Assembly: GCA_965248575.1 (NCBI GenBank) | Contig: CBDFJQ010000002.1 | Location: 1,952,001-2,016,000 of the forward strand | Direction of reading: 5' to 3' | Length of the DNA: 64,000 nucleotides | Source: Planctomycetota bacterium | GTDB taxonomy: Bacteria; Planctomycetota; B15-G4 | Shown here: piece by piece, positions 20,025 to 29,507 of the stretch | Position numbering within the stretch: the stretch's first letter is position 1 | How the letters are laid out: every line of letters starts with the position of its first letter | Translations under genes and position numbers: made by a program | Notes under the pieces: generated by a model | Database searches by the model: none | What the model was told of the DNA's origin: nothing | What the model saw: the letters and a program-made list of their open reading frames with translations, nothing else

Positions 20025-21595
20025 CTGTCGCTCTCGGGCGCCTCGGGCAGGGCCGGCCGAGGCAACATCTCGTCGCGCATGGCTGCGTGCAGCGCGAAGC
20101 TCGCGATGATGGTGGCCGCCTGGCGCACATCCCCCTCGTGCACCCGTTCGTAGAGGTCCATGTTGGTGTGGTGGGTCCGGCTGCTGTAGTCCATGGGGTC
20201 CTGGATGAACTGGAAGCCCGGCAGCCCAAGGGCCTGGAAGGAGAGGTGGTCGGTGCCCCCGGTGCCGCGCATGCTCAGGGTGCCGGCACCGAGGTCGCTG
20301 AACGGCTTGAACCAGGCCTCGAAGATGGGACCCACGGCGGCGTTGCCTTCCATGTACATGCCGCGCAACTTCCCGGCGCCATTGTCCATGTTGAAGTAGG
20401 CCGCCAGGGTCTCGTGCTCCGGCAGCAGTTCCATGCTGGCGACATCACCGAAGTGGTTCAGGGCATAGCCCTTCGAGCCCTTGAGGCCCTGTTCTTCACC
20501 GGTCCAAAGTGCGATGCGAATCGTCCGGCGCGGCTTCACTTCGAGCGCTGTGAGAATGCGCATGGCTTCCATCATGACGGCGCAGCTGGCGCCGTTGTCC
20601 GTCGCACCCGTGCCCGGGTGCCAGCTATCGAAGTGCCCGCCGATGATGACCACCTCGTGGGCGAGATCGCTGCCCGGCAGCTCCGCAACAACGTTCCGCC
20701 CTTGCAAGTCCTCGTCATGGAAGCTCGTACGCACATCGACGTTCATGGAGACGGGCACATCGCCCTGGATCAGCCGCACCAACCGATTGTACTGCTCGCC
20801 CGACACGATGATCTGCGGCAGCGCCCGCTCCTCGGCCGGATCGTAGGACCCACCGCTGCCCAACATGATCACGCCGTAGTCGTTGCGGCGCCCAGCGTCC
20901 GCTTGGATGAGCACGGCGACCCCTTCATCTTTGAAGAAGGCGTTCTTGGCATCCGACAGGGCCCGCGCGGCGCGGCGCTCCTTGCGACGCGCGGCATTCG
21001 AGTTGGGGGCACCCGGCTCAGGAGCCAACTCGAGTTCGGCCAGGCTCTCCGCATCGTGCCGCTTGGCCAGCGCTTCGAAGGGCGATTCGGGTGTGGCCAG
21101 CCCGCCGTTCAACACGATGCGCCCAGCGAGTTGCCCGCGCAGCTCTTCCAAGGCCTCGATGCTGTCCACATCCACCAGGACAGGCTCTGCGATGACGGCT
21201 TGCTCCAGGCCCAGCGTCCAGGCCTTGGGAATGGCAATCAGCGGCATATAGGCCGGCTCGAGCATCTCCACGACGCACTTCTCGAAACTCCAACCCAGGC
21301 CGAACTCACCCCACGGCTCGAGCTCGGCGTTCTCCAGCCCGTACCCGGTCAAGCGGTCTCGCGCCCATTCGGCGGCAGCGCGCTGCTGAGGCGAGTTGGT
21401 CAAGCGTGGCCCCAGGCGATCCGTGAGATGCCAGAGCGTGTTCATCACCTGCGAGCGGTCGCCCAGGCCCTCGGCACGGACGCGCGTGACCATGTCGAGG
21501 TCGACCGGCTCAACCTGCGCAACAGCAGGGGCAGCGCCACCCAGCGACAACAGACACAAGACAACGGAGAGCAACGGCGTAGCGGACACACTCAT
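20021..21595 (-). CDS. Secreted M28 family metallopeptidase (carboxypeptidase Q-like)
   Basis: LGPRLTNSP, GGHFDSW, GATDNG, GEEQGL, NMDNG, GTDHLSF, HHTNMD. Confidence 0.92.
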   Translation of the reverse strand: MSVSATPLLSVVLCLLSLGGAAPAVAQVEPVDLDMVTRVRAEGLGDRSQVMNTLWHLTDRLGPRLTNSPQQRAAAEWARDRLTGYGLENAELEPWGEFGLGWSFEKCVVEMLEPAYMPLIAIPKAWTLGLEQAVIAEPVLVDVDSIEALEELRGQLAGRIVLNGGLATPESPFEALAKRHDAESLAELELAPEPGAPNSNAARRKERRAARALSDAKNAFFKDEGVAVLIQADAGRRNDYGVIMLGSGGSYDPAEERALPQIIVSGEQYNRLVRLIQGDVPVSMNVDVRTSFHDEDLQGRNVVAELPGSDLAHEVVIIGGHFDSWHPGTGATDNGASCAVMMEAMRILTALEVKPRRTIRIALWTGEEQGLKGSKGYALNHFGDVASMELLPEHETLAAYFNMDNGAGKLRGMYMEGNAAVGPIFEAWFKPFSDLGAGTLSMRGTGGTDHLSFQALGLPGFQFIQDPMDYSSRTHHTNMDLYERVHEGDVRQAATIIASFALHAAMRDEMLPRPALPEAPESDS

Positions 21596-21673
21596 GAACG
21601 GAACTCCAGGGCACGGTTGAGGCACGGGGAGGACAGACTCTAACAGTCGTGTCCCTGGCCGCCCCCTTGAGGC

Positions 21674-21844
21674 CTACCCGCCCTTGAGCTTGGCCAGCTC
21701 CGCCTCGATGGCGGCGATCTGCTGCTCCAGCTTCGGAATGTCGTCCGGGTTGTCGGGGAATTTGTGCACGACCGACAGCTGGGTGCGCAAATTTGAGCGC
21801 TTCTTCTGCAACACCTCGATGCGTTTCTTGCTTCTCTTGTCCAT
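21674..21844 (-). CDS. Small coiled-coil protein (56 aa; below the ORF-track cutoff)
   Basis: Hand translation MDKRSKKRIEVLQKKRSNLRTQLSVVHKFPDNPDDIPKLEQQIAAIEAELAKLKGG*; GC3-rich codons; fills the intergenic gap. Confidence 0.75.
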   Translation of the reverse strand: MDKRSKKRIEVLQKKRSNLRTQLSVVHKFPDNPDDIPKLEQQIAAIEAELAKLKGG

Positions 21845-21900
21845 GGCTCAGCTTGGGATCAACAGTCGGCCCCCGTGATGGGGTCCTGGTGCGCTTGATC

Positions 21901-22770
21901 CTACTCCACACGTTCGAGCAGCCGAGGGCCCACTCGCCAATACTGCCCCGGCCGCGCAGGTTTGTCCGGGACCACCGTCACCGTCTGGCGATTCACCCGA
22001 CGCACCGTGCCCGTCACGCGGCGGCCCTTGGCCACGAAGCTCACGCTGTCCCCCGGCTTGAGGTCCGTCTGCTGACGTGGGAGGCGCGGCCGCCTAGGAG
22101 CTGTTGCACCACCCTTTGCGCTCAGCGCCGCAAGCTCCGCGGCGAAGCGAGCGTTCGCCGACGGCTTGGGGGATGACACAGCTTGCTGGCCCTGGGCTGG
22201 GTGCAGGCTTGTTGGCGTCATCGCAGCGGCGCTCGCCTGTGCTTGCCCTTGTGAATGGCCCTGTGCATGCCAATCAAGGTCCACGCCCGCCTCGTCGGCT
22301 GTAGCACACAAGCCTTTGAGCACCTGCTCGGCCATGCCATTGGCATGCATCTCATCGAGCACTTTGTAGAAGGCTGCGTTGTGCACGGAGCCTCGCCGGC
22401 GCCCCCCCGTGACGGTCTGGATCAGATGGGCGAATTCGTGGCACACCGCGTGGGCCAACAAGGTGCCGAGCTCGATGCGCCCCTGGAAATAGTTCCGCAG
22501 GGCGAGCTCCCTCCCGGACGTCCAGCGCACGGCGGTCTCCCAGCCCTGGGACTTCTGCTGGATCATCTTCCAGCCGAACACGATCAGGTGCCCACCCTGG
22601 CGACTGGCCCGGTGGTAGGTGGCCCGCCCGCTGCCAACGCGGGTGGCCAGCTCGATGCCGGGGGCGCGCTCCAGCACCCAGCCTTCGTAGTGGGGCCAGA
22701 GCACCGTCGACAGCAATTCGCCCAGGCGGGCAGCGAGAAGGCGGCAGTGAGCTTCGGAGAGCTGGCGCAT
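21901..22770 (-). CDS. SprT/Wss1-like zinc metalloprotease with C-terminal SH3-like domain
   Basis: CHEFAH followed by GSVHNAAF; C-terminal LKPGDSVSF..GTVRRVNRQTVTV..WRV. Confidence 0.65.
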   Translation of the reverse strand: MRQLSEAHCRLLAARLGELLSTVLWPHYEGWVLERAPGIELATRVGSGRATYHRASRQGGHLIVFGWKMIQQKSQGWETAVRWTSGRELALRNYFQGRIELGTLLAHAVCHEFAHLIQTVTGGRRRGSVHNAAFYKVLDEMHANGMAEQVLKGLCATADEAGVDLDWHAQGHSQGQAQASAAAMTPTSLHPAQGQQAVSSPKPSANARFAAELAALSAKGGATAPRRPRLPRQQTDLKPGDSVSFVAKGRRVTGTVRRVNRQTVTVVPDKPARPGQYWRVGPRLLERVE

Positions 22771-22874
22771 GAGCGCGCCATCCTCTGGGCTGCCAGACAA
22801 GAGGTCAAGCCATGAACACCTCAGAGATGCTGAGCGCTTCGCATGACGGGCACCTCGCACGACGGGCCCCTCGC

Positions 22875-23495
22875 CTAACGGGCACCACGCTTCCAACGGG
22901 CCCAGGCCTTGTAGCTCTTGGGCAGGTCCAGGCTCTTGAGCTGTTCCCAGGCGGCGAGGATCTCGTCCCGGCTGGCCGTCTCCTGCGCGGCGTAGTAGTC
23001 GCTCGTGAAGTTGATGTAGCGGCCGTGGGGAATCTGTTCAAACGGGCCCTTCAGCTGACACAGGCGCACGTACTCGTGCACCAGATCACCGTAGGTTGTG
23101 GGCACTCCCGTCGTGAGCTGCTCCTCCCGCCAGCGGTTGAGGCGGTAGCGCGCACCAGACTTGGGTTTGAAGTGCGCATCCAGCTTCAAGGCCTCCTGCT
23201 CAAGGAACCCCTTCGTCTCCCGGTCGTTTGTGTAGCGCACGATGGGCAGACCCAGACTCAGGCCGCGCTCAACGTCCTTCGCTCCATGCTGTGACAGAGC
23301 ACGCGCTGTCGGGACTTCTGCGCGCCCGGTCTTGAGGAATACACGCAAGGCCAGCTCGAGTTCGTCCTTGCGCAGCTTGCTGGCACCCGGGATGCCCAGC
23401 TGCTTCGCGAAGGCCTTGAGGTCCACGGCATACCAGTAGCCGTGATCGAACTCCCTGAGGCTCATGTCGAGAGCCAGCCGACCTCTCTCCGTCAC
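22875..23495 (-). CDS. Conserved hypothetical protein (SAP-like N-terminus, DUF6434-like)
   Basis: YWYAVDLKAFAKQLGI..RKDEL, TYGDLV, YINFTSDY, AWEQLK. Confidence 0.7.
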   Translation of the reverse strand: MTERGRLALDMSLREFDHGYWYAVDLKAFAKQLGIPGASKLRKDELELALRVFLKTGRAEVPTARALSQHGAKDVERGLSLGLPIVRYTNDRETKGFLEQEALKLDAHFKPKSGARYRLNRWREEQLTTGVPTTYGDLVHEYVRLCQLKGPFEQIPHGRYINFTSDYYAAQETASRDEILAAWEQLKSLDLPKSYKAWARWKRGAR

Positions 23496-23524
23496 GGAAC
23501 TTTCATCCGGCGTTCACCGGCGGC

Positions 23525-23947
23525 TCATGGAACGGACACCGGAGCAGCTGCGAGAATCACACCCACCTGAAACATGACCAGCAGGATGAGCGCCATGCCG
23601 ACCGTCGTCAGATGAGCCCGGCGCAGGTCGCGAGGGCTTGAGATGGCCTGGCCACCTTCCACCAGGAGCGCCAGGAACAAGAGCCCATTGACGAGCGAGA
23701 CGGCGCTGAACTCCGCGAAGCTCACCAGGTAGAGCACGGCGTCGGGCTCGACAGGAAACTTCATCACGGCGACCCGGAATACGCCGAGCAGTGCACAGAC
23801 GCCCACCCAGGGGATCGTCAGGGCGACGGAGGGTCTGACGATGAAGGACGACCAACCTGCCCACGCCGTTGCGCTGCCCGGGGCTGTGGTGGGCGCCCTG
23901 TCTGGACGTCCGCCCGAAACGGGTGTCGCATGATCCGATGCCGTCAT
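23525..23947 (-). CDS. Hypothetical membrane protein
   Basis: Three hydrophobic segments; co-oriented with neighbours. Confidence 0.5.
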   Translation of the reverse strand: MTASDHATPVSGGRPDRAPTTAPGSATAWAGWSSFIVRPSVALTIPWVGVCALLGVFRVAVMKFPVEPDAVLYLVSFAEFSAVSLVNGLLFLALLVEGGQAISSPRDLRRAHLTTVGMALILLVMFQVGVILAAAPVSVP

Positions 23948-24092
23948 GGCTGGCCCTCCGACGTTTGCGGTGCTGGATCCAAGCGCGTCTCCGGCACAAC
24001 TCTCGCGCTCCTCTCGAAAGCCTCAACCAGTCTAGAATACCTCAGGCCTCGCGTAACATCCGTGCGACTCGGATCGTGGCACGGGCCGCAGC

Positions 24093-24560
24093 TCAGAGTT
24101 CCTTGCGAAAGCAGCGCACCAAGCCCATATCCTGGAAACCCAAGGCTCCATGGGCATGCAGGCTCACGGTGTTGTCGGGGTCCGCATCGGAAGCGAACTC
24201 GCTGCACCCCTGGGCTCGCCCCCAGGCCTCGGCCGCTTCGATCAACGCCCGACCGACACCTCGACCACGCTGTCCCTCCTGCACGAACCAGCCCTCCAGA
24301 TAGGCCACGCGCGGGCTCGTACAGCCCTCCGCATAGGGGCGCACGGAAACCTCCGCGAAACCGATGATTTCCTGAGCGGGTCCTTCTGCCAGGATGGACT
24401 CTTGTTCCGCAAAGCGAGAGTCACCACCCAACATCTCATCGATCTCGGCCCGGTGTGCAGCCACGGAGTCCTCCGGCCAGAGCGCCTGGCGCATGAGCAT
24501 CCACTCTGCGATGTCCTCTCGTTGCACTGCTCGAACGCGGGTCATGGTCTCAGTATCCAA
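24093..24560 (-). CDS. GNAT acetyltransferase, aminoglycoside 6'-N-acetyltransferase (AAC(6')-I)-like
   Basis: WMLMRQALWP, GFAEVSVRPYAEGC, AYLEGWFV, EFASDA..N..SLHAHGALGF. Confidence 0.85.
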   Translation of the reverse strand: MDTETMTRVRAVQREDIAEWMLMRQALWPEDSVAAHRAEIDEMLGGDSRFAEQESILAEGPAQEIIGFAEVSVRPYAEGCTSPRVAYLEGWFVQEGQRGRGVGRALIEAAEAWGRAQGCSEFASDADPDNTVSLHAHGALGFQDMGLVRCFRKEL

Positions 24561-24569
24561 CGGAACAGG

Positions 24570-25364
24570 TCAGCGCTGGTCTAAATCATGAGCGCGAGCC
24601 AGGAAGCAGCGCACCGAAGCCCCGGACACGTGGTCGGGGCTCGCGAGGCAGCTGAGGAAGTCGCTCCGCAGCGCTTCGAAGTCGGCTCCACAGAAGCTCC
24701 GTAGCAAGGACATGCGCTCGAAACGCTGGCGCCAGGCTTCGAGGACTTCGGGTTTCGCCGAGCCCGAGAAGCAGAACTCCTCATCGCGCATCAACACGTC
24801 ACGCTGCAGCGTGAAGCCTGCTTGTTCCAGACTCGCCGACAGCTTGCGTCCCATACGGAAGTCGTAGCGCCCGGCGAGCAGGGACTCTTCGACGTAGGCG
24901 TCCAGCAGCTGCTTGCTCGCCGGCTTCAGCGGCCGGTGAGCGAAGAGATCGTCCACCTCGATCAATGCCAACCAACCACCTGGCTTGAGCAGCCGGGCCC
25001 AGCTGCGCAGCACCGTCGGCAGGTCGAGGAAGTAGGCGGCAACCATGCTGCACCAGAGGCCATCTGCGAGAACGGCCTGGTCGGGGAACAGGTGATTCTC
25101 CGAGGCATGCTCGGCCAGGGTGCGCAAATCGAGCAAACGGAAGTCGGCACCCGGCAGACCCTTGGACGCGGCCGTCCGTATCAGATCCTCGTTCATGTCG
25201 ACGCCCACCACCCGCGCACCGCGGGCCACCAGCTGCCGCGACAGATCCCCCACTCCGCAGCCAAGGTCGAGAACGGTCTGACCCTGCAGCTCGGGCAACA
25301 GAGCCAGAGCCGTGTCCCAATCCCGCCACGCGAACTGCCGCTCGTACTCTTTGCTGAAGTTCAT
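24570..25364 (-). CDS. Class I SAM-dependent methyltransferase
   Basis: VLDLGCGVG, VVGVD, LLKPGG. Confidence 0.9.
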   Translation of the reverse strand: MNFSKEYERQFAWRDWDTALALLPELQGQTVLDLGCGVGDLSRQLVARGARVVGVDMNEDLIRTAASKGLPGADFRLLDLRTLAEHASENHLFPDQAVLADGLWCSMVAAYFLDLPTVLRSWARLLKPGGWLALIEVDDLFAHRPLKPASKQLLDAYVEESLLAGRYDFRMGRKLSASLEQAGFTLQRDVLMRDEEFCFSGSAKPEVLEAWRQRFERMSLLRSFCGADFEALRSDFLSCLASPDHVSGASVRCFLARAHDLDQR

Positions 25365-25963
25365 AAGGCCGCCTCAGCTGCCCGCGCTTCCTTCAGCATG
25401 CGACAGGCGCCCCACAGGATCAGCAGACCGATGCCCGTGCCCACTGCCAGGTCCCACACGGGGTTCTGGGTCCAGGCCACCGCCAGGCCGCTCACGATGA
25501 CGGCGCCGTTCGCGATCACATCGTTCTGGGTGAAGATGTAGCTCGCCCGCATGTGCACGCCGCCTTCGCGATGGGCGGCCACGAGGCGCAGGCAGAAGAT
25601 GTTGGCGACCAGCGCCAACATCGCCACCCCGATCATGAAGGCCGGATCCGGGTCACTGCCCCTCAGCATGCGGCGCGCCACCTCCGCCAGGCCCAGGAAG
25701 CCCAGCGCCAGCTGCACATAGCCCCCCAAGCGTGCAGCGAACACCTTCGAGTCGGGGGATTGAGAGACCGCCCAGAGCGCCACGGCATAGACGACCCCAT
25801 CGGCAAACATGTCGAAGGAGTCACCCACCAAGGCCGTGGACTCAGCACCCAGCCCGGCGAAGATCTCCACCAGGAACATGCCCCCGTTCACGGCCAGCAG
25901 CGTCCAGAGCACACGCGAGTGCTCTGCTGTCTTCGCCTCGAACTCGCACCCGCAATCAGCCAC
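25361..25963 (-). CDS. Cation diffusion facilitator (truncated CzcD-like) transporter
   Basis: STALVGDSFDMFAD, HMRASYIFTQNDVIAN, MADCGC N-terminus. Confidence 0.85.
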   Translation of the reverse strand: MADCGCEFEAKTAEHSRVLWTLLAVNGGMFLVEIFAGLGAESTALVGDSFDMFADGVVYAVALWAVSQSPDSKVFAARLGGYVQLALGFLGLAEVARRMLRGSDPDPAFMIGVAMLALVANIFCLRLVAAHREGGVHMRASYIFTQNDVIANGAVIVSGLAVAWTQNPVWDLAVGTGIGLLILWGACRMLKEARAAEAAL

Positions 25964-26072
25964 CGATCCTCCCTGCGAGGGACGCTTCCACAGTGGCCCG
26001 GGTGTGCAGATGTGCAGCGGACCAGCTCACCGCATGCAGGCTACCAGACGCGAAAGACGTTCGGTCCCCCGC

Positions 26073-26546
26073 TCAGCCCGCCAGCAACCTCGTCATGTGC
26101 ACGCTGTATGGGTCCTCAGGGTAGTCAGCGAAAGGGGCGCAGAGCTCGAAGCCGAAGCGTTCATACAGCGCTCGCGCCGGGGCAAAGGCCTCGCCGGAGC
26201 CCGTCTCGAGACTCACGCGGGTGTAGCCACGCCGCCGCGCTTCCTTGAGCATGTGTTCGACCAAGGCCGCCGCCACGCCCTTGCGCAGGTGGGTGCTTGC
26301 AGTGCGCATGGACTTCAGTTCGCCCTGACGTCCGTCGAGTTCCTTCAGCGCTCCGCAACCCACCAGGGTGGCGCCCAGCCAAGCCGACCAGAAGCTCACG
26401 CCGGGAGCCCGCAAGGCGTCGAGGTCGAGAGCATGCACGCTCTCCGGCGGTGAGTGCAGGGCCACCGTCGCCAGGTGCTCGCGCAAGAGCGCTTGGACCT
26501 CAGGCCCGCGTAGGGCGTCTTCGCGGATCTCGAAGGGAGCACTCAT
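26073..26546 (-). CDS. GNAT N-acetyltransferase (YedL/YsnE-like)
   Basis: SPPESVHALD, GELKSMRT, SLETGS, PFADY..DPYS. Confidence 0.9.
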   Translation of the reverse strand: MSAPFEIREDALRGPEVQALLREHLATVALHSPPESVHALDLDALRAPGVSFWSAWLGATLVGCGALKELDGRQGELKSMRTASTHLRKGVAAALVEHMLKEARRRGYTRVSLETGSGEAFAPARALYERFGFELCAPFADYPEDPYSVHMTRLLAG

Positions 26547-26559
26547 GCGCGGCGGACGC

Positions 26560-26772
26560 CTACTCTTCGCTGCTCGACTGCTCGGCCGCAGCTATCTGGA
26601 GCACGACGCCTATAGCCACGCCGATACCCGCGCCGAGCGAGACACCGATGGCCACGTTGTCGAAGGCGGCGCCCAACCCGGCGCCCAACCCGGCCCCAAC
26701 CCCCACGCCGATGGCGATGCCCGACACCATCTGCGGGGCCGGAGGGGGCGACTCGTTGTCTGGCTCGCTCAT
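26560..26772 (-). CDS. Small glycine-zipper membrane protein
   Basis: GIAIGVGVGAGLGAGLGAAFDNVAIGVSLGAGIGVAIG. Confidence 0.7.
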   Translation of the reverse strand: MSEPDNESPPPAPQMVSGIAIGVGVGAGLGAGLGAAFDNVAIGVSLGAGIGVAIGVVLQIAAAEQSSSEE

Positions 26773-26824
26773 GTCAGGGTCCGTTGAAGGCGCGGGACAG
26801 CAGTCTACCTCGCCGCCAGCCTCG

Positions 26825-27223
26825 CTAGTCCTGCAAGCTGACCTTGGGCAGGATGAGCTGTGTGAAGTCCCCGCCTTCGATGGAGAGCAGCTGTTCCATC
26901 ATGGTCGAGGCCTCCGCGACGACTGCCGCGAAGGGTTCATACTCTTGTGCCTCGGCGGCCGTGATGGAGATGAAGCTGACCTCCAGGGAGGTCACCGCGA
27001 GCTGCGCAACCCAGACCGGGTCCAAGGCAGGCCCGCGGTACTCGACCGCCGCATCGCTCAGGCGCAGGTGCCTCCCGTCCGAAGACTCCAGGTCGATGGG
27101 CGCGCCCAACACCTGAGCCACCCTCACGCTCTGCGATTCCTGATCGGCGGCCGTTCCGCAAGCTGCCAGCAGGAGCATCAGCCAGGCCATGCAGCCAACA
27201 AGCCAACGGTTCTTGGACGTCAT
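26825..27223 (-). CDS. Putative lipoprotein
   Basis: MTSKNRW..LLLAACG lipobox; ATGA overlap with the upstream stop. Confidence 0.6.
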   Translation of the reverse strand: MTSKNRWLVGCMAWLMLLLAACGTAADQESQSVRVAQVLGAPIDLESSDGRHLRLSDAAVEYRGPALDPVWVAQLAVTSLEVSFISITAAEAQEYEPFAAVVAEASTMMEQLLSIEGGDFTQLILPKVSLQD

Positions 27224-27765
27224 CCAGAATCCTCGCCGGTTGAGGCTGGCCGCGAGATGGCGTAGCGCAGCGCCTTCAGTCCCTCCTCTTCGTACTCGCC
27301 GTCCGGGTGCATGCCCACCTTCTCGAGCACCCGGATCGAGCCTCTGTTCTCGGGTAGGACCAGGCCGATGATCTGCGGCAGGCCCAGGGTCTCGAAGCCG
27401 TAGGCGATGCTTGCCGCGCAGGCTTCCGTCGCCAGGCCGCGGCCCCAGTGCTCGGGCAGGAAGCGATAGCCCACGTCCACGGCGTCCAGCTCCGGTAGGT
27501 ACTTCAGGCCGCAAAAGCCGATCAGCCGTTGGGTCTGCTTGAGCACGCAACCCCAGCGCCCATAACCCACCGTGTCGAAGTCGGGGTAGTTCTCGATGGC
27601 AGTACGCGCCTGGGCTACGGATTCCAGGGGCGGCTCCCCCGTCATGCGCATGACCTCGGGATGCCCGTTGAGAGCGAAGAAGTCCTCGGCATCAGTGGCG
27701 ACCATGGCGCGATGAAGCAGCCGTGTCGTCTCCGGGCCCAACCGGTGGTCCATGGGTTGCTTCAT
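27220..27765 (-). CDS. GNAT N-acetyltransferase, RimJ/RimL family
   Basis: ETTRLL, LIGFCGL, DVGYRF, WGRGLATEA, N..SIRVLEKVGM. Confidence 0.9.
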   Translation of the reverse strand: MKQPMDHRLGPETTRLLHRAMVATDAEDFFALNGHPEVMRMTGEPPLESVAQARTAIENYPDFDTVGYGRWGCVLKQTQRLIGFCGLKYLPELDAVDVGYRFLPEHWGRGLATEACAASIAYGFETLGLPQIIGLVLPENRGSIRVLEKVGMHPDGEYEEEGLKALRYAISRPASTGEDSG

Positions 27766-28039
27766 GGGTGATGTCTCGCGTTCCATCGGGTGCTCAATTG
27801 TGGGCCGGTGCGAGGAACGGTTCGGTGAAATGTGAACTCGCAGGCGGCGCAGGAGTGCAGCGCCCGCTTCTCCAGCTTGAGATCGATCTCCATCCTCTCA
27901 GCCTCCTCCTGTGGTGTGAGCCTGCTGCCGCCGCGCTGACCCGCTCGCTCCCAGCTTGTCCAACGGCCCCACCGGCGGCCCAGTCTAGCAGAGGGCTGAC
28001 GACGCCACCCTTGGCCTTGTCTCTTGGAAACGGGGGTGC

Positions 28040-28375
28040 TCAGTCGAGCTGGGAAGCCACACGTTCCGTGACGAGCTTCACGAGCTCGGGATCCATGAAG
28101 GTGTAGTCGTCCGGGATGTCCAACACATGCACAGGCTTGTCGCCCAGCGCATCCCGGTGCTCAGCCCGCAGCCGGGTCGCGTGACGACGCTCCATGACAA
28201 ACACCTGATCGGACCACTCGACGTCCCCCCGGCGCAGCACGCGCGTCGCCGCACTGCTGACACCCCGAGCCCGGCAGGCATAGCGAGGGTCCCTGGAGAA
28301 GACGCGCTCGGCTGTGGGACTCCGCCACTGGGCGCGACTGCACACGAAGAGCAAGTTGAGGCGCGGGCTGGGCAT
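28040..28375 (-). CDS. Low-molecular-weight protein tyrosine phosphatase family protein
   Basis: LFVCSRAQWRSPTAE P-loop; LDIPDDY. Confidence 0.9.
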   Translation of the reverse strand: MPSPRLNLLFVCSRAQWRSPTAERVFSRDPRYACRARGVSSAATRVLRRGDVEWSDQVFVMERRHATRLRAEHRDALGDKPVHVLDIPDDYTFMDPELVKLVTERVASQLD

Positions 28376-28422
28376 GAGTGGTCGGGTTGGCTCTGAGGCG
28401 TCACGGCTTGTTGGTCAGGCCA

Positions 28423-28758
28423 TCAAGCGTCCACCTCGCCCCCCTCACTGGTCCTCACGATTGCTATGCCTATTCCTCCGACATGGCTGGCCGCCCAATT
28501 GTAGGCGAAGCCAAAGAGGATCCCCATGATGTAGCCCCCAACAGCGGCAATGACTGGACCGAAGAGCACTCCGTACAGTGTGGAACGGTCAAAGATCGAC
28601 ATGAGCCCCTCTCCCGGAGACAGGCCGTTTTCTCCCATGAAGACCAACGCCGCGGGAATGCCAAACACGATCTCAACACCTGCTCGAAAGATCGCGAGGA
28701 TCTTGGCTGTCGCGAGTGGGTCTATGCTTCGCAGCTCTGCGGTGTACTTTCGTTCCAC
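28423..28758 (-). CDS. Cassette ORF: membrane protein (DUF3566-like)
   Basis: ELRSIDPLATAK..YNWAASHVGGI; AGGAG RBS. Confidence 0.7.
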   Translation of the reverse strand: MERKYTAELRSIDPLATAKILAIFRAGVEIVFGIPAALVFMGENGLSPGEGLMSIFDRSTLYGVLFGPVIAAVGGYIMGILFGFAYNWAASHVGGIGIAIVRTSEGGEVDA

Positions 28759-28772
28759 TTAGGCTCTCCTCT

Positions 28773-28839
28773 GTCTAGCGGACTGACGGTTCAGCGGCGG
28801 GTCACGTAGCGGCCCGGTCGTCGCTAGCGCTGGTTGGAC
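28773..28839 (-). repeat. attC site (67 bp, degenerate R')
   Basis: + strand GTCTAGC..TTCAGCGGCGGG..GCTAGCGCTG GTTGGAC. Confidence 0.85.
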
Positions 28840-28866
28840 GGCTCTCGGGCTGCTGAGCCGGCCAAA

Positions 28867-29496
28867 TCACTTGACCACCCCTCCAGCTCGGCGTGCAGCC
28901 GCGATTCTCAATGCGCCGGCGGCACCAGGTGGCACCTCGCTCTCGTCGTCGCGCGCTGCCCGATCTGAATCGCTTGCCTCCCGCGCGACGTCAAGCAAGT
29001 CGGCAACACTTCGATTCGCCGCTTCGGGATCGATCACTGTGAACACCTCAGAAACGAACTCGCGGCGGAGGCTGGCGATGGCTGCGCCGACACTCGGGAA
29101 GGGCGCTGAGTCCAGCTGACCATCGATCAATCGCGCAACGGCAACGAGCGGATCGAGCGCACGATGTCGCCAACCCCGGTAGGCGGCCGGCTTGTGGAGG
29201 CCAACCCTATCGCGCTCCACATTGGGCAACAGGAACCGACCTTGGTCGATCAGCGCAGACAGCCGCGTCCTGTTCGGGTGCCGAGCTTCGGTAGAAGACG
29301 CCTCGTCGGCAGCCTCTAGCTCCGCAAGAACCCCCACTGCCTCGCATGCCCAGGAACGAACGTCTCGTCTCCAGTCAGCGACGTAGGCTACCGCGCTGAG
29401 TCGGTTCTGACGCGTCGCGGCCAAGTACGCAGCCAGCGCCAGGGCCAGTGACAACGCCGCGACGGCGAAATCCGCGTCGTCAAATTCCATGCTCAC
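28867..29496 (-). CDS. Cassette ORF: N-terminal TM plus helical domain, unknown function
   Basis: 209 aa; RLSALIDQGRFLLPN..AYRGWR. Confidence 0.75.
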   Translation of the reverse strand: MSMEFDDADFAVAALSLALALAAYLAATRQNRLSAVAYVADWRRDVRSWACEAVGVLAELEAADEASSTEARHPNRTRLSALIDQGRFLLPNVERDRVGLHKPAAYRGWRHRALDPLVAVARLIDGQLDSAPFPSVGAAIASLRREFVSEVFTVIDPEAANRSVADLLDVAREASDSDRAARDDESEVPPGAAGALRIAAARRAGGVVK

Positions 29497-29507
29497 CCAA
29501 TCGATTC

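Noticed and set aside
23950..27960. attC sites between the tail genes (for example GCAGCGGACC near 26014)
   Set aside because: Only short matches; no paired R''/R' cores at a suitable spacing
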